A stretch of DNA of 64,000 nucleotides from a virus, in IMG/VR virus record IMGVR_UViG_3300017763_004709, positions 11,829-75,828 of that record; one strand, 5' to 3'. Both the position numbers and the translations under genes were made by a program. Shown in pieces: positions 29,270-36,957 of the stretch. The notes under the pieces are model-generated. The model was given only the letters and a program-made list of their open reading frames with translations. It was not told the origin of the DNA and ran no database searches. Positions within the stretch are counted from its first letter, which is position 1. Each line of letters starts with the position of its first letter.

Positions 29270-29577
29270 TAATTTACCTTTATATAGTTTTGTATCCAAG
29301 AAGATAAGTGTCCTGCAGAATATTTACCTATAAGTTTGGATATAACTCCATTATTTTTAGTTACCACAAACATAGGTGTTGTAATATTTTTTGAGAGGTC
29401 TGCACTGTTTACACTTTCTGTATTAATTCCTAGATCTTGCAGGGTGAGCAGTTCTCGTTGCACATAGGTTTTATTAAATTTGTTAAAATATCCTGTAACC
29501 TTCTTCAACTTATTTCTCCTATTAGTCTGACACTTTTTAAGAGTAGACATATTTTGATTTAATTTTATTCTTGCCAT
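29269..29577 (-). CDS. hypothetical protein, possible thioredoxin-like fold without CxxC
   Basis: ITTPMFVV.KN.G....LIG....L..WI C-terminus; start uncertain. Confidence 0.4.
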   Translation of the reverse strand: MARIKLNQNMSTLKKCQTNRRNKLKKVTGYFNKFNKTYVQRELLTLQDLGINTESVNSADLSKNITTPMFVVTKNNGVISKLIGKYSAGHLSSWIQNYIKVN

Positions 29578-29599
29578 TTATAATTTTTCATGCTAATAT
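29571..29599 (+). promoter_or_regulatory. sigma70-type promoter at the strand switch
   Basis: TTGCCA-17-TAATAT with TG extension. Confidence 0.6.
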
Positions 29600-29628
29600 T
29601 AATTTATAACAACAGGTAAGCAAATAAT

Positions 29629-29868
29629 ATGAAAGACTATCAGAATGAATTGAGCCGTTGTCTATCCGTAGTAAAGTGGAATCCTAATGAAGCACTCTCT
29701 GAGATGAACCTCTTAAGAGACGAAGCATTAAGTTCTCCTTTAAAAGAAAAACTTTGGAAGCGTAAGGCTCGTGAAATAAATAACTTTTTAGACTCTTTAG
29801 AAAACACACGTTACTATAAAGAATCTGAATTCTGGAAAAACTCAAAACCAAGTAGGTTAATAATATAA
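29629..29868 (+). CDS. hypothetical protein
   Basis: ORF. Confidence 0.6.
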   Translation: MKDYQNELSRCLSVVKWNPNEALSEMNLLRDEALSSPLKEKLWKRKAREINNFLDSLENTRYYKESEFWKNSKPSRLII

Positions 29869-30203
29869 TGAATAAGTATCAACAAGACTTTAACTCTTTG
29901 AAAACACTACTAGCTAACTCTTTTAACTCTGTAGAAGATGTTGTAAAGTTAGTTAAACCACTTTTATTAAAGATGAATAATCCAACCTTTTATAAAAAGT
30001 ATTTATACACTAAGCCCGAAGAGGCTTACGGGGGAGTAGGGAGTTATTCCAACAATATGTTTACCATATTTACTAACGAGTGTATCAAAATTATTAATGA
30101 ATGTCAAGACTTAAATGAAATGCTCAGGAAGCTACAAGTAGAATACTCATGGACAAATCGACACTCCGAGCCCTACTGGTTTAAAAATACAAAAAATACT
30201 TAG
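29868..30203 (+). CDS. hypothetical protein
   Basis: ORF, TAATG coupled. Confidence 0.6.
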   Translation: MNKYQQDFNSLKTLLANSFNSVEDVVKLVKPLLLKMNNPTFYKKYLYTKPEEAYGGVGSYSNNMFTIFTNECIKIINECQDLNEMLRKLQVEYSWTNRHSEPYWFKNTKNT

Positions 30204-30221
30204 TATAAGTTCAAATAAAAT

Positions 30222-30252
30222 CAGCTGCAGACTACTCTTGCGGCTGTTTTTT
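30222..30252 (+). terminator. intrinsic terminator
   Basis: CAGCTGCAG/TTGCGGCTG stem plus T-run. Confidence 0.7.
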
Positions 30253-30274
30253 ATTAACATAAGGGGAGTAGTGT

Positions 30275-30748
30275 ATGATAAAATCAATAACTATTTTTTT
30301 ATTATTACTTAGTGCAAAGACAGTGCTGGCAGATACGAGTAAAGAAATAGAGTGCTTAGCAAAGAATATTTATTTTGAAGCACGCAATCAGTCAGTAAGA
30401 GGTCAAATAGCTGTAGGAAACGTAACCATAAATAGGGTAAAAGATAGTAGATTTCCAAACTCAGTATGTAAGGTCGTAACTCAAGCCAAAAAAGACAAAA
30501 ATAATAATATAATACTTAACAAATGCCAATTTAGCTGGTATTGTGATGGAATAAAAGATACTATGTTAAATAAAGAGGTAAAAGAATTTTCTTTTAAACT
30601 TGCTAAAGCGTTAATTTTAGGGCAAATATCAGACGTAACACACAACTCAACGCACTATCATAGTAAAAAAGTCAAACCTTATTGGAGTAGCCATCTATCA
30701 AAAACGGTTACTATAGAGGATCACCATTTTTATAGGTGGGAAAAATAA
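30275..30748 (+). CDS. cell wall hydrolase, SleB/Hydrolase_2 family, with signal peptide
   Basis: CLAKNIYFEAR, V.INRV..RFP.SVC.VV, CQFSWYCDG, HYH, H.FY. Confidence 0.93.
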   Translation: MIKSITIFLLLLSAKTVLADTSKEIECLAKNIYFEARNQSVRGQIAVGNVTINRVKDSRFPNSVCKVVTQAKKDKNNNIILNKCQFSWYCDGIKDTMLNKEVKEFSFKLAKALILGQISDVTHNSTHYHSKKVKPYWSSHLSKTVTIEDHHFYRWEK

Positions 30749-30793
30749 AAATTTAAGATTGACTAACATAATAAGCGTTTGGTACAATAAAAA

Positions 30794-31105
30794 ATGATAG
30801 AAGAAAGTAGTTTAAGCGATGATGTTAAAAAGAATATAAACTGGCTGCACGAAAGGTCGCAAAAAACAAAAAGTGATCTAGAAACACATGAAGCTGTGTG
30901 CGCAGAACGTTATATTCACATTAGTCAATCTTTATCGGCTCTAAGTGAAAGTATAGAGCAAAGTAATAAAAGAATACAAGAACTTCATGATACTGTGTCT
31001 GCTAGTAAAGTAAGTTTAAAAACTCTAATGTTCATAGGTTCTTTCATATTAGCAATTTCAGGATTTATTTATACTATTATAGGAATAATTAATCAAGCAC
31101 AATGA
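30794..31105 (+). CDS. coiled-coil protein with C-terminal TM helix
   Basis: HEAVCAERY then hydrophobic tail; possibly lysis-related. Confidence 0.6.
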   Translation: MIEESSLSDDVKKNINWLHERSQKTKSDLETHEAVCAERYIHISQSLSALSESIEQSNKRIQELHDTVSASKVSLKTLMFIGSFILAISGFIYTIIGIINQAQ

Positions 31106-31446
31106 CTAAAGAAAAAGAATTATTAAAATATCTATTATCTAGTCCTCCTATGGATGTTTACAATGAGGATAACATGGATATTCAAGAAAGTAATTTAGAG
31201 TTAGTAGAGCCCAGACCTATTAAAGCTAACGAAGAAGAACTAGAATCTAGAGAAATAGGTTCGGCTAACTTATTTTTGGCTTCTGCATTTTTGAGCACTA
31301 TAAACGACATAGATTTACCGGCTAAATCAGACGAAGACGTAACTAAAGCTCAAAAACTATGGCAACAATGGATGACAGAGCTTAAAGAAGATAACTTCTT
31401 ACGAGAAAAACCTAATACGTTACGAGAAAGTTTTAAAATTGTTTAA
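31102..31446 (+). CDS. hypothetical protein
   Basis: ORF. Confidence 0.6.
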   Translation: MTKEKELLKYLLSSPPMDVYNEDNMDIQESNLELVEPRPIKANEEELESREIGSANLFLASAFLSTINDIDLPAKSDEDVTKAQKLWQQWMTELKEDNFLREKPNTLRESFKIV

Positions 31447-32125
31447 CTATGAAAAGTGTTTAGAAGCGTATAACATAGATAGAGAGTCTGGAAGAGTATA
31501 CAAAACTCCCGATGGCGAGTACCCTAGTATAACTACTATTTTAGGAGCGACTTCGAATAATTCTTTTTTACATAAGTGGAGAGAAAGAGTAGGCGAAGAA
31601 GAAGCTAATAGAATATCTAAAGAAGCTACTGATAGAGGTACTGCAGTACACGACTATATAGAGCAGTACTACTTACAAGAAGATAGAGTTTTTAGCGACT
31701 GGTTTGTATCTTCTGGACTTTCCAAAGAGCCAAGAAAAATTAAACAACCTGCTAGAGACATTATAAAAGAATGTGATAGAAATAACTTTACTCCCTATGC
31801 TCAAGAAATACCTTTATGGCATCCCAAACTAAAATTTGCCGGAAGAGTAGATGGCATTGGGTTATGGAATGGTGTACTATCTATAATAGATTTTAAAACT
31901 TCAAAAAAGAAAAAATACACCTCTCAAATAAAAAACTACTATATACAAGCTACTGCATATGCTGTTGCCCATAATTATTTATTTAATACTGCTATAAATA
32001 ATTTTTCAATAGTTATTGGAGTAGACGAAAAAGAATCTCAATGTTTTACAGGTAAAGTAGTAAATTTTATACCTGAGCTTAAATATAGGGTTAGATCTTT
32101 TTATAGTCAACAGAAAGGAAGTTAA
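31439..32125 (+). CDS. PD-(D/E)XK exonuclease (phage Cas4-like family)
   Basis: YPSITTIL, RGT.VH, AGRVD, IIDFKTS, Q..AYA. Confidence 0.9.
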   Translation: MFNYEKCLEAYNIDRESGRVYKTPDGEYPSITTILGATSNNSFLHKWRERVGEEEANRISKEATDRGTAVHDYIEQYYLQEDRVFSDWFVSSGLSKEPRKIKQPARDIIKECDRNNFTPYAQEIPLWHPKLKFAGRVDGIGLWNGVLSIIDFKTSKKKKYTSQIKNYYIQATAYAVAHNYLFNTAINNFSIVIGVDEKESQCFTGKVVNFIPELKYRVRSFYSQQKGS

Positions 32126-32126
32126 T

Positions 32127-32816
32127 ATTAAGAACTCTTTAAAACAACAAGAATACTATCGTCTAATAGAAAAATATGACTTACTATTTTTAACAGGCGC
32201 AGCGGGTACTGGAAAAACCTATGTAGCATGTAACTCAGCTTTAAATTTTTTAGAAAGAGGTCTTATTGAAAAAATTATTATAACAAGACCTGTTGTAGCT
32301 ACAGAAGATATAGGTTTTTTACCTGGAACTTTAGAAGAAAAAATAAATCCTTTTATGGACCCTATACTAGGAGTATTATCAGAGATTTATAATCCTAAAG
32401 AAATAAAAAGGATGGTTGCTAATAATGTTATAGAGGCAGTTCCGTTAGCTTATATGAGAGGAAGAACTTTTTCTAACTCTTTTATAATACTTGATGAAGC
32501 TCAGAATACTACTCAAAAACAGATGAGTATGTTTTTAACTAGATTTGGCAGAAATATTAAGTGTTGCGTAACAGGAGACTTACTACAATCAGATTTACCT
32601 ACTAGAGAAAATGGATTAAACTGGGCGTCATCAAAACTAAGCCCCTCAGAGTTAGTAGCTTTTCTTACTTTTACTAGTGATCACGTTGTAAGAAGTCCTT
32701 TAGTCAAAGAAATTATGAGATATTTATATGCAGAAGAAACGTCGTATCCCATTAAAAAAACTTTTAGAGCTGGAAGCCTTGAGTCTATTGCCCCGAGAGA
32801 GGTCGTTAATAGTTAG
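32127..32816 (+). CDS. phoH: PhoH-like ATPase, probable AUU start
   Basis: Frame open upstream of the track start with GAAGTGKT, RP.V, GFLPG; YMRGRT, DEAQN, GD..QSD, VRSP. Confidence 0.92.
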   Translation: MKNSLKQQEYYRLIEKYDLLFLTGAAGTGKTYVACNSALNFLERGLIEKIIITRPVVATEDIGFLPGTLEEKINPFMDPILGVLSEIYNPKEIKRMVANNVIEAVPLAYMRGRTFSNSFIILDEAQNTTQKQMSMFLTRFGRNIKCCVTGDLLQSDLPTRENGLNWASSKLSPSELVAFLTFTSDHVVRSPLVKEIMRYLYAEETSYPIKKTFRAGSLESIAPREVVNS

Positions 32817-32919
32817 TATTAAAAAGGCTCAAAGGGATTATCCTCAAATAACTCCCAAAATGTATGCTGCATTTAATGGTATATACGATAGCTATTTTTA
32901 TACAGGAGAAGAGCAATGA
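32728..32919 (+). CDS. hypothetical protein overlapping the phoH 3' end
   Basis: ORF; ATGA-coupled to the next gene. Confidence 0.5.
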   Translation: MQKKRRIPLKKLLELEALSLLPRERSLIVSIKKAQRDYPQITPKMYAAFNGIYDSYFYTGEEQ

Positions 32920-33077
32920 TAAGTAAAGAAAGATATTGTAAGTCTTGCGGTCATAGATGCCACTGTTATTCTCCTGATTGTTCTGAGTGTAAAAATGATG
33001 TATGCATAAGTTGTAAATGTTCTTCTAGTGAGAAGAGCTTTTGGCCTGATAATCCAGGAGAAGCATACTCTATTTAA
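32916..33077 (+). CDS. 53-aa Cys-rich metal-binding miniprotein (absent from ORF track)
   Basis: MISKERYCKSCGHRCHCYSPDCSECKNDVCISCKC...; 9 Cys; AGGAG SD. Confidence 0.7.
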   Translation: MISKERYCKSCGHRCHCYSPDCSECKNDVCISCKCSSSEKSFWPDNPGEAYSI

Positions 33078-33087
33078 GGAGATTTTT

Positions 33088-33222
33088 ATGCCCGTAAAAA
33101 AAGTAAAAGGCGGTTATAAGTGGGGAACCACTGGAAAAGTTTACAAAACTAAAAAAGCTGCAACTAAGCAAGCTAGAGCCGCTTATGCAAACGGTTATAA
33201 AGGTAAAAAAAGGAGAAAGTAA
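33088..33222 (+). CDS. 44-aa Lys-rich protein
   Basis: MPVKKVKGGYKWG..GKVYKTKKAA; AAGGAG SD. Confidence 0.75.
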   Translation: MPVKKVKGGYKWGTTGKVYKTKKAATKQARAAYANGYKGKKRRK

Positions 33223-33223
33223 T

Positions 33224-33265
33224 ATGCCACATTACGGTAGAAAAGGTAAAGGAAGAAAGAAGTAA
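33224..33265 (+). CDS. 13-aa basic peptide MPHYGRKGKGRKK
   Basis: AGGAGA SD; packed between basic ORFs. Confidence 0.45.
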   Translation: MPHYGRKGKGRKK

Positions 33266-33289
33266 TTATACTTATAAAGGAGATATAAT

Positions 33290-33442
33290 ATGCCTAAAAT
33301 GAAAACAAAAGCCCCTAAATATACAGTAGGTAAAAAACCAGCTAAAAAGGCTGCAGCGAAAAAAGGACTTACTGCTGCTCAAAAAAAACTGCCCCCAGCA
33401 CTTCAAAAAGCTATACTTAAAAAAATGAAAGGCAAGAAGTAA
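33290..33442 (+). CDS. 50-aa Lys/Ala/Pro-rich protein (absent from ORF track)
   Basis: MPKMKTKAPKYTVGKKPAKKAAAKKGLTAAQKKLPPALQKAILKKMKGKK; AAGGAG SD. Confidence 0.75.
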   Translation: MPKMKTKAPKYTVGKKPAKKAAAKKGLTAAQKKLPPALQKAILKKMKGKK

Positions 33443-33445
33443 CTA

Positions 33446-33622
33446 ATGGCTGCAACACCTACCAATCCTAGTCTTTGGTCTAGAGCTAAGACTCAGGCAA
33501 AAAAGAAGTTTAACGTTTATCCTTCTGCATATGCTAATGCATGGGCAGCTAAATGGTATAAGTCTAAAGGCGGTAAATGGAAAGGTGCTCCTACCAATAA
33601 AGTGAGAAAAAAACGTGGCTAA
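33446..33622 (+). CDS. 58-aa basic protein (absent from ORF track)
   Basis: PTNPSLW...K..AKKKF.VYPSAYANAW..K.YK.KGGKW. Confidence 0.75.
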   Translation: MAATPTNPSLWSRAKTQAKKKFNVYPSAYANAWAAKWYKSKGGKWKGAPTNKVRKKRG

Positions 33623-33842
33623 AGGCGGGTTAGGTAAATGGTTTTCTGAACAATGGGTTGATGTTAAAACAGGCAAACCTTGTGGAAGATCAGGCAAAAA
33701 AGATAAAAGAAAATATCCCGCCTGTAGACCTAAAGCAGTTGCTTCTAGAATAACTAAACAAGAAGCAGCTAAGAAAAAAGGCCGTAAAAAAGTTAAATGG
33801 TCTGTGACCTCTTCCGGTAAAAAGAGAAAGTCAAAAAAATAA
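33615..33842 (+). CDS. basic protein with WF.E.WVD and C-GR/C-RP motifs
   Basis: GGLGKWFSEQWVDVKTGKPCGR...YPACRP. Confidence 0.75.
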   Translation: MAKGGLGKWFSEQWVDVKTGKPCGRSGKKDKRKYPACRPKAVASRITKQEAAKKKGRKKVKWSVTSSGKKRKSKK

Positions 33843-33853
33843 GGAGAGTTTAT

Positions 33854-34021
33854 ATGATTAGTAAAATATTATCTTGGACTAAATCAAAACTTAAAGAAAG
33901 AACTTCATGGGACGGAATAGCCTTAGTTGGAACTGGCGTAGTAATGATTATGATGCCTATAGATCTAGTAGCTTATGCAGCTATAGCATGGGGACTGTGG
34001 ACTATTTGGAAAAGTGAATAG
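33854..34021 (+). CDS. 55-aa membrane protein (absent from ORF track)
   Basis: KERTSWDG then two hydrophobic segments; AAGGAG SD. Confidence 0.7.
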   Translation: MISKILSWTKSKLKERTSWDGIALVGTGVVMIMMPIDLVAYAAIAWGLWTIWKSE

Positions 34022-34027
34022 TATACT

Positions 34028-34306
34028 ATGTTAGAAATTATACAACAGATGGCCTCAGATAGACTATGGATTTATACTGCTTTAGCAGGTAGTCTGTTTG
34101 GGGCTATATTTGTAGCCTATGTTAGCACTACTAAATTAGGTCTTTGGACATATGCTAAGATAGATAAAATGTTAGATCTACTAATAGATAGATTAGGATG
34201 GACTTGGTTAGAGCAACCAAAAGACGCTTGGAAGCAAAAGCTACCAAAAGGTCTTATCAAAAAAATAGACGATATAGATAACAGATTAAAATACCTAGAA
34301 AAGTAA
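34028..34306 (+). CDS. membrane protein
   Basis: N-terminal TM helix. Confidence 0.65.
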   Translation: MLEIIQQMASDRLWIYTALAGSLFGAIFVAYVSTTKLGLWTYAKIDKMLDLLIDRLGWTWLEQPKDAWKQKLPKGLIKKIDDIDNRLKYLEK

Positions 34307-34355
34307 CTATTATTTTGGTATATATGTTAATATATGATAAAATAAGGAGATAATT

Positions 34356-34715
34356 ATGGCAAAAGCTAAAAATGCTAGACGGTTACCTAGCGGCAAGTTA
34401 GAATACAGAGGAGAAACCTATCCTGGATTCAACAAGCCTAAAAGAAATACTTCATCCTCTAAGCATAAACAAGTTGTTTTAGCTAAAAAAGGAGAAGACA
34501 TAAAAGTAGTTAGGTTTGGTCATAAAGATTATGGGCATAATTATTCTGAAGATGCAAGAAAAAATTATTTACAAAGAAGCGCAGGAATAAGAGATAAATC
34601 AGGAAGACTAACTAAAGATGACAAGTTTTCTGCTAATTATTGGGCTAGAAAAGAGCTATGGGCAGGATCTGGAGGCTCTAAGAAGTCTCCTAAAAAAGGT
34701 GGACCTAGAAAATGA
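34356..34715 (+). CDS. basic hypothetical protein
   Basis: PGFNKPKR, V.RFG, FSANYWAR..LW; AAGGAG SD. Confidence 0.75.
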   Translation: MAKAKNARRLPSGKLEYRGETYPGFNKPKRNTSSSKHKQVVLAKKGEDIKVVRFGHKDYGHNYSEDARKNYLQRSAGIRDKSGRLTKDDKFSANYWARKELWAGSGGSKKSPKKGGPRK

Positions 34716-35029
34716 TTATTAAAGATAGTGAAGGCCAAGAAGCCAGAATGATTAAAGCTAAAGTAAGAAAAATGATAGCACAGAATCAAGAATTACTAAG
34801 TATGATAAAAGAAAATATGGACGTAGAAGAGTGGGTTCAGAATAAAATAGTTTTAGCGTCTCACAATATAGATGCTATATATGATTATATGAAATACTCC
34901 TCTGACCCTGTAGAGACGCAACTAGAAGAAGACTCAGATAGTGTAACTATAACACTAGCATTAGAAGAAGAGATAGACTCTTCTGATGTAATAGAAATAT
35001 CTTTAACAGATAATTCTTTAGATGCCTAA
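34712..35029 (+). CDS. hypothetical protein with acidic tail
   Basis: EEWVQNKI..A...I..IYDYM. Confidence 0.6.
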   Translation: MIIKDSEGQEARMIKAKVRKMIAQNQELLSMIKENMDVEEWVQNKIVLASHNIDAIYDYMKYSSDPVETQLEEDSDSVTITLALEEEIDSSDVIEISLTDNSLDA

Positions 35030-35435
35030 AGAGTATTTAATATCAGAGGCATTTAATAATGTTTTTTGTACCTTAGCACCTTCACCAATACATGGTGTAG
35101 GTGTTTTTGCGCTAAAAGACATACCCAAAAATATAATTGTATTTTCTTCTATATCATGGGATACCTTAGACAACTCTATTCTAAAAAAGCTAGATGAAAG
35201 TGTACTACTTGAGTATGCTAAAAAATTTAAAACATCTTATGAAGGATTAAAGATCCCTGCTAGAGGGTATAATTCAATTGACTTTAGATTTTACTTAAAC
35301 CACGCTACTTCTTGTAATCTTAATTATGATTCAGAGAATGATTTAATCATAAGTAAAGATACTATTTATAAAAATACTGAATTAACAATAAACTATAAAG
35401 CTTACGGACTTAGCATTGATAACAGTTTTCACTAA
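35022..35435 (+). CDS. SET-domain protein (putative lysine methyltransferase)
   Basis: SPIHGVGVFA..DI, FYLNHA..CN, ELTINY. Confidence 0.85.
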   Translation: MPKEYLISEAFNNVFCTLAPSPIHGVGVFALKDIPKNIIVFSSISWDTLDNSILKKLDESVLLEYAKKFKTSYEGLKIPARGYNSIDFRFYLNHATSCNLNYDSENDLIISKDTIYKNTELTINYKAYGLSIDNSFH

Positions 35436-35814
35436 CGGATGTTATGATATCTTACATCCTGGACATATAGATTTGTTTAACTATGCCTCTACATTAGGTG
35501 ATAGACTAATAGTATGTCTAGACAGTGACGATAGGGTAAGAAGAAATAAAGGTTTTTGTAGACCTATAAACACTTTAGGTATTAGATCTAAAATTATAGG
35601 AGCTTTAAAACCTGTAACGTCGGTAATATCTTTTGATTCTGATGATGATTTATGTTCTATATTTGATACTTATAACGCTGACTTATTAGTCATTGGAGAA
35701 GAATATAAATACAAAAATATTGTAGGCGAAGATTTTGTAAAGAAAGTTATATTTTATGAACGAGACAATAGATACTCAACAACTAACATCATTAAGAGTA
35801 TTAATAATAGGTGA
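35416..35814 (+). CDS. heptose-1-phosphate adenylyltransferase-like (HldE/RfaE domain II)
   Basis: VFTNGCYDILHPGH, DSD..VR..KG..RPIN, STT.II. Confidence 0.85.
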   Translation: MITVFTNGCYDILHPGHIDLFNYASTLGDRLIVCLDSDDRVRRNKGFCRPINTLGIRSKIIGALKPVTSVISFDSDDDLCSIFDTYNADLLVIGEEYKYKNIVGEDFVKKVIFYERDNRYSTTNIIKSINNR

Positions 35815-36550
35815 GTCATGTCTGGATGAGTACAGGCTAGGTTCTGTAACTAGAATATCTCCAGAGGCTCCTGTACCTGTTATACAGTTTAAAGAGTTAA
35901 ATACTGTAGAAGGTATGGCTGCTAATGTTAAAAATAATGTTCAAGCTTTTAATGTAGGTAACATAGATTTAATAACTAATAGATCTAAAATTATTAAAAG
36001 AAGATTTATAGATATAAAATCTAATCAACAATTACTACGAGAAGACATAGGCGACTCTGTATCCTCGTTAATAGACTATAATATAAAAGTAATGAGTTCT
36101 AATGATTATGATGTAGTCATAATTTCTGACTACTGTAAAGGGCTATTAACACCTGATACGGCCAAACTAGTATGTGAAAAATTTAAACATAAGGTGTATG
36201 TAGACACTAAAAAAGAAGACTTAAGTTGTTTTCCATATTCTATTATAAAAATAAATGAATATGAGGATAATAGTAGTTATAACTTACCTCTATCTTCTAC
36301 TAAAATAGTAACTTTAGGGTCTAAAGGTTCGGTATGCGAAGGTGTATTCTCTAGGCCTTCTCCTGTAAAAGTTCATGATGTTACGGGGGCTGGAGACGTA
36401 TTTTTATCTTCTCTTGCAGTATTAAATAGTTTTAACTCTATTCATGACTCTATAGACTTAGCAAATAAACTTGCGTCTTATTCAGTAGAACACTTTGGAA
36501 CATATGTTATAAATCAACTAGATATAGAAAGGGCTTTTAATGAGACTTGA
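35756..36550 (+). CDS. heptose-7-phosphate kinase-like (HldE/RfaE domain I, PfkB fold)
   Basis: RISPEAPVPV, ISDYCKG, DVTGAGD. Confidence 0.88.
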   Translation: MNETIDTQQLTSLRVLIIGESCLDEYRLGSVTRISPEAPVPVIQFKELNTVEGMAANVKNNVQAFNVGNIDLITNRSKIIKRRFIDIKSNQQLLREDIGDSVSSLIDYNIKVMSSNDYDVVIISDYCKGLLTPDTAKLVCEKFKHKVYVDTKKEDLSCFPYSIIKINEYEDNSSYNLPLSSTKIVTLGSKGSVCEGVFSRPSPVKVHDVTGAGDVFLSSLAVLNSFNSIHDSIDLANKLASYSVEHFGTYVINQLDIERAFNET

Positions 36551-36893
36551 AGGTTTTGTAAAAAAAGGATGGGGTCACGAACTTATTTGGGCAACAAATG
36601 ATAAATATTGTGGCAAACTGATGAAGTTTAATGAAGGTGCTAAGTTTTCTATGCATTTTCATAAAGATAAAGAAGAGACTTGGTATGTATTAGGCGGCGA
36701 GTTTATAGTTCATTGGATTAATACTTTTGATGCCTCTAAGATAAGTACAAAAATTAAAGAGGGAGATACTTGGCATAATGAACCTTGTAGCCCTCATCAA
36801 TTAGAATGTTTAAAAGAGGGTACTATATTAGAAGTTAGTACTCCAGACAGCGTAGAAGATAATTATAGAGTGTCTCCTGGGGATTCTCAATGA
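36540..36893 (+). CDS. cupin (sugar isomerase-like)
   Basis: V.KGWG.E, SMHFH..K.ETW, PH, EVSTP...DNYRV.PGD. Confidence 0.8.
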   Translation: MRLEGFVKKGWGHELIWATNDKYCGKLMKFNEGAKFSMHFHKDKEETWYVLGGEFIVHWINTFDASKISTKIKEGDTWHNEPCSPHQLECLKEGTILEVSTPDSVEDNYRVSPGDSQ

Positions 36894-36903
36894 TACAATT
36901 AGT

Positions 36904-36932
36904 TTGACACTTACTTTTTTATTAAGTATTAT
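36904..36932 (+). promoter_or_regulatory. sigma70-type promoter
   Basis: TTGACA-17-TATTAT. Confidence 0.7.
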
Positions 36933-36957
36933 ATAGTATAACCATATAGGATCTACA

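Noticed and set aside
31439-32125. Cas4-like nuclease as part of a CRISPR system
   Set aside because: No repeat-spacer array or other cas genes seen; Fe-S Cys set absent; common stand-alone phage exonuclease
32127-32354. phoH as a 5'-truncated pseudogene
   Set aside because: Frame is intact with a full Walker A motif and an SD-ATT start candidate
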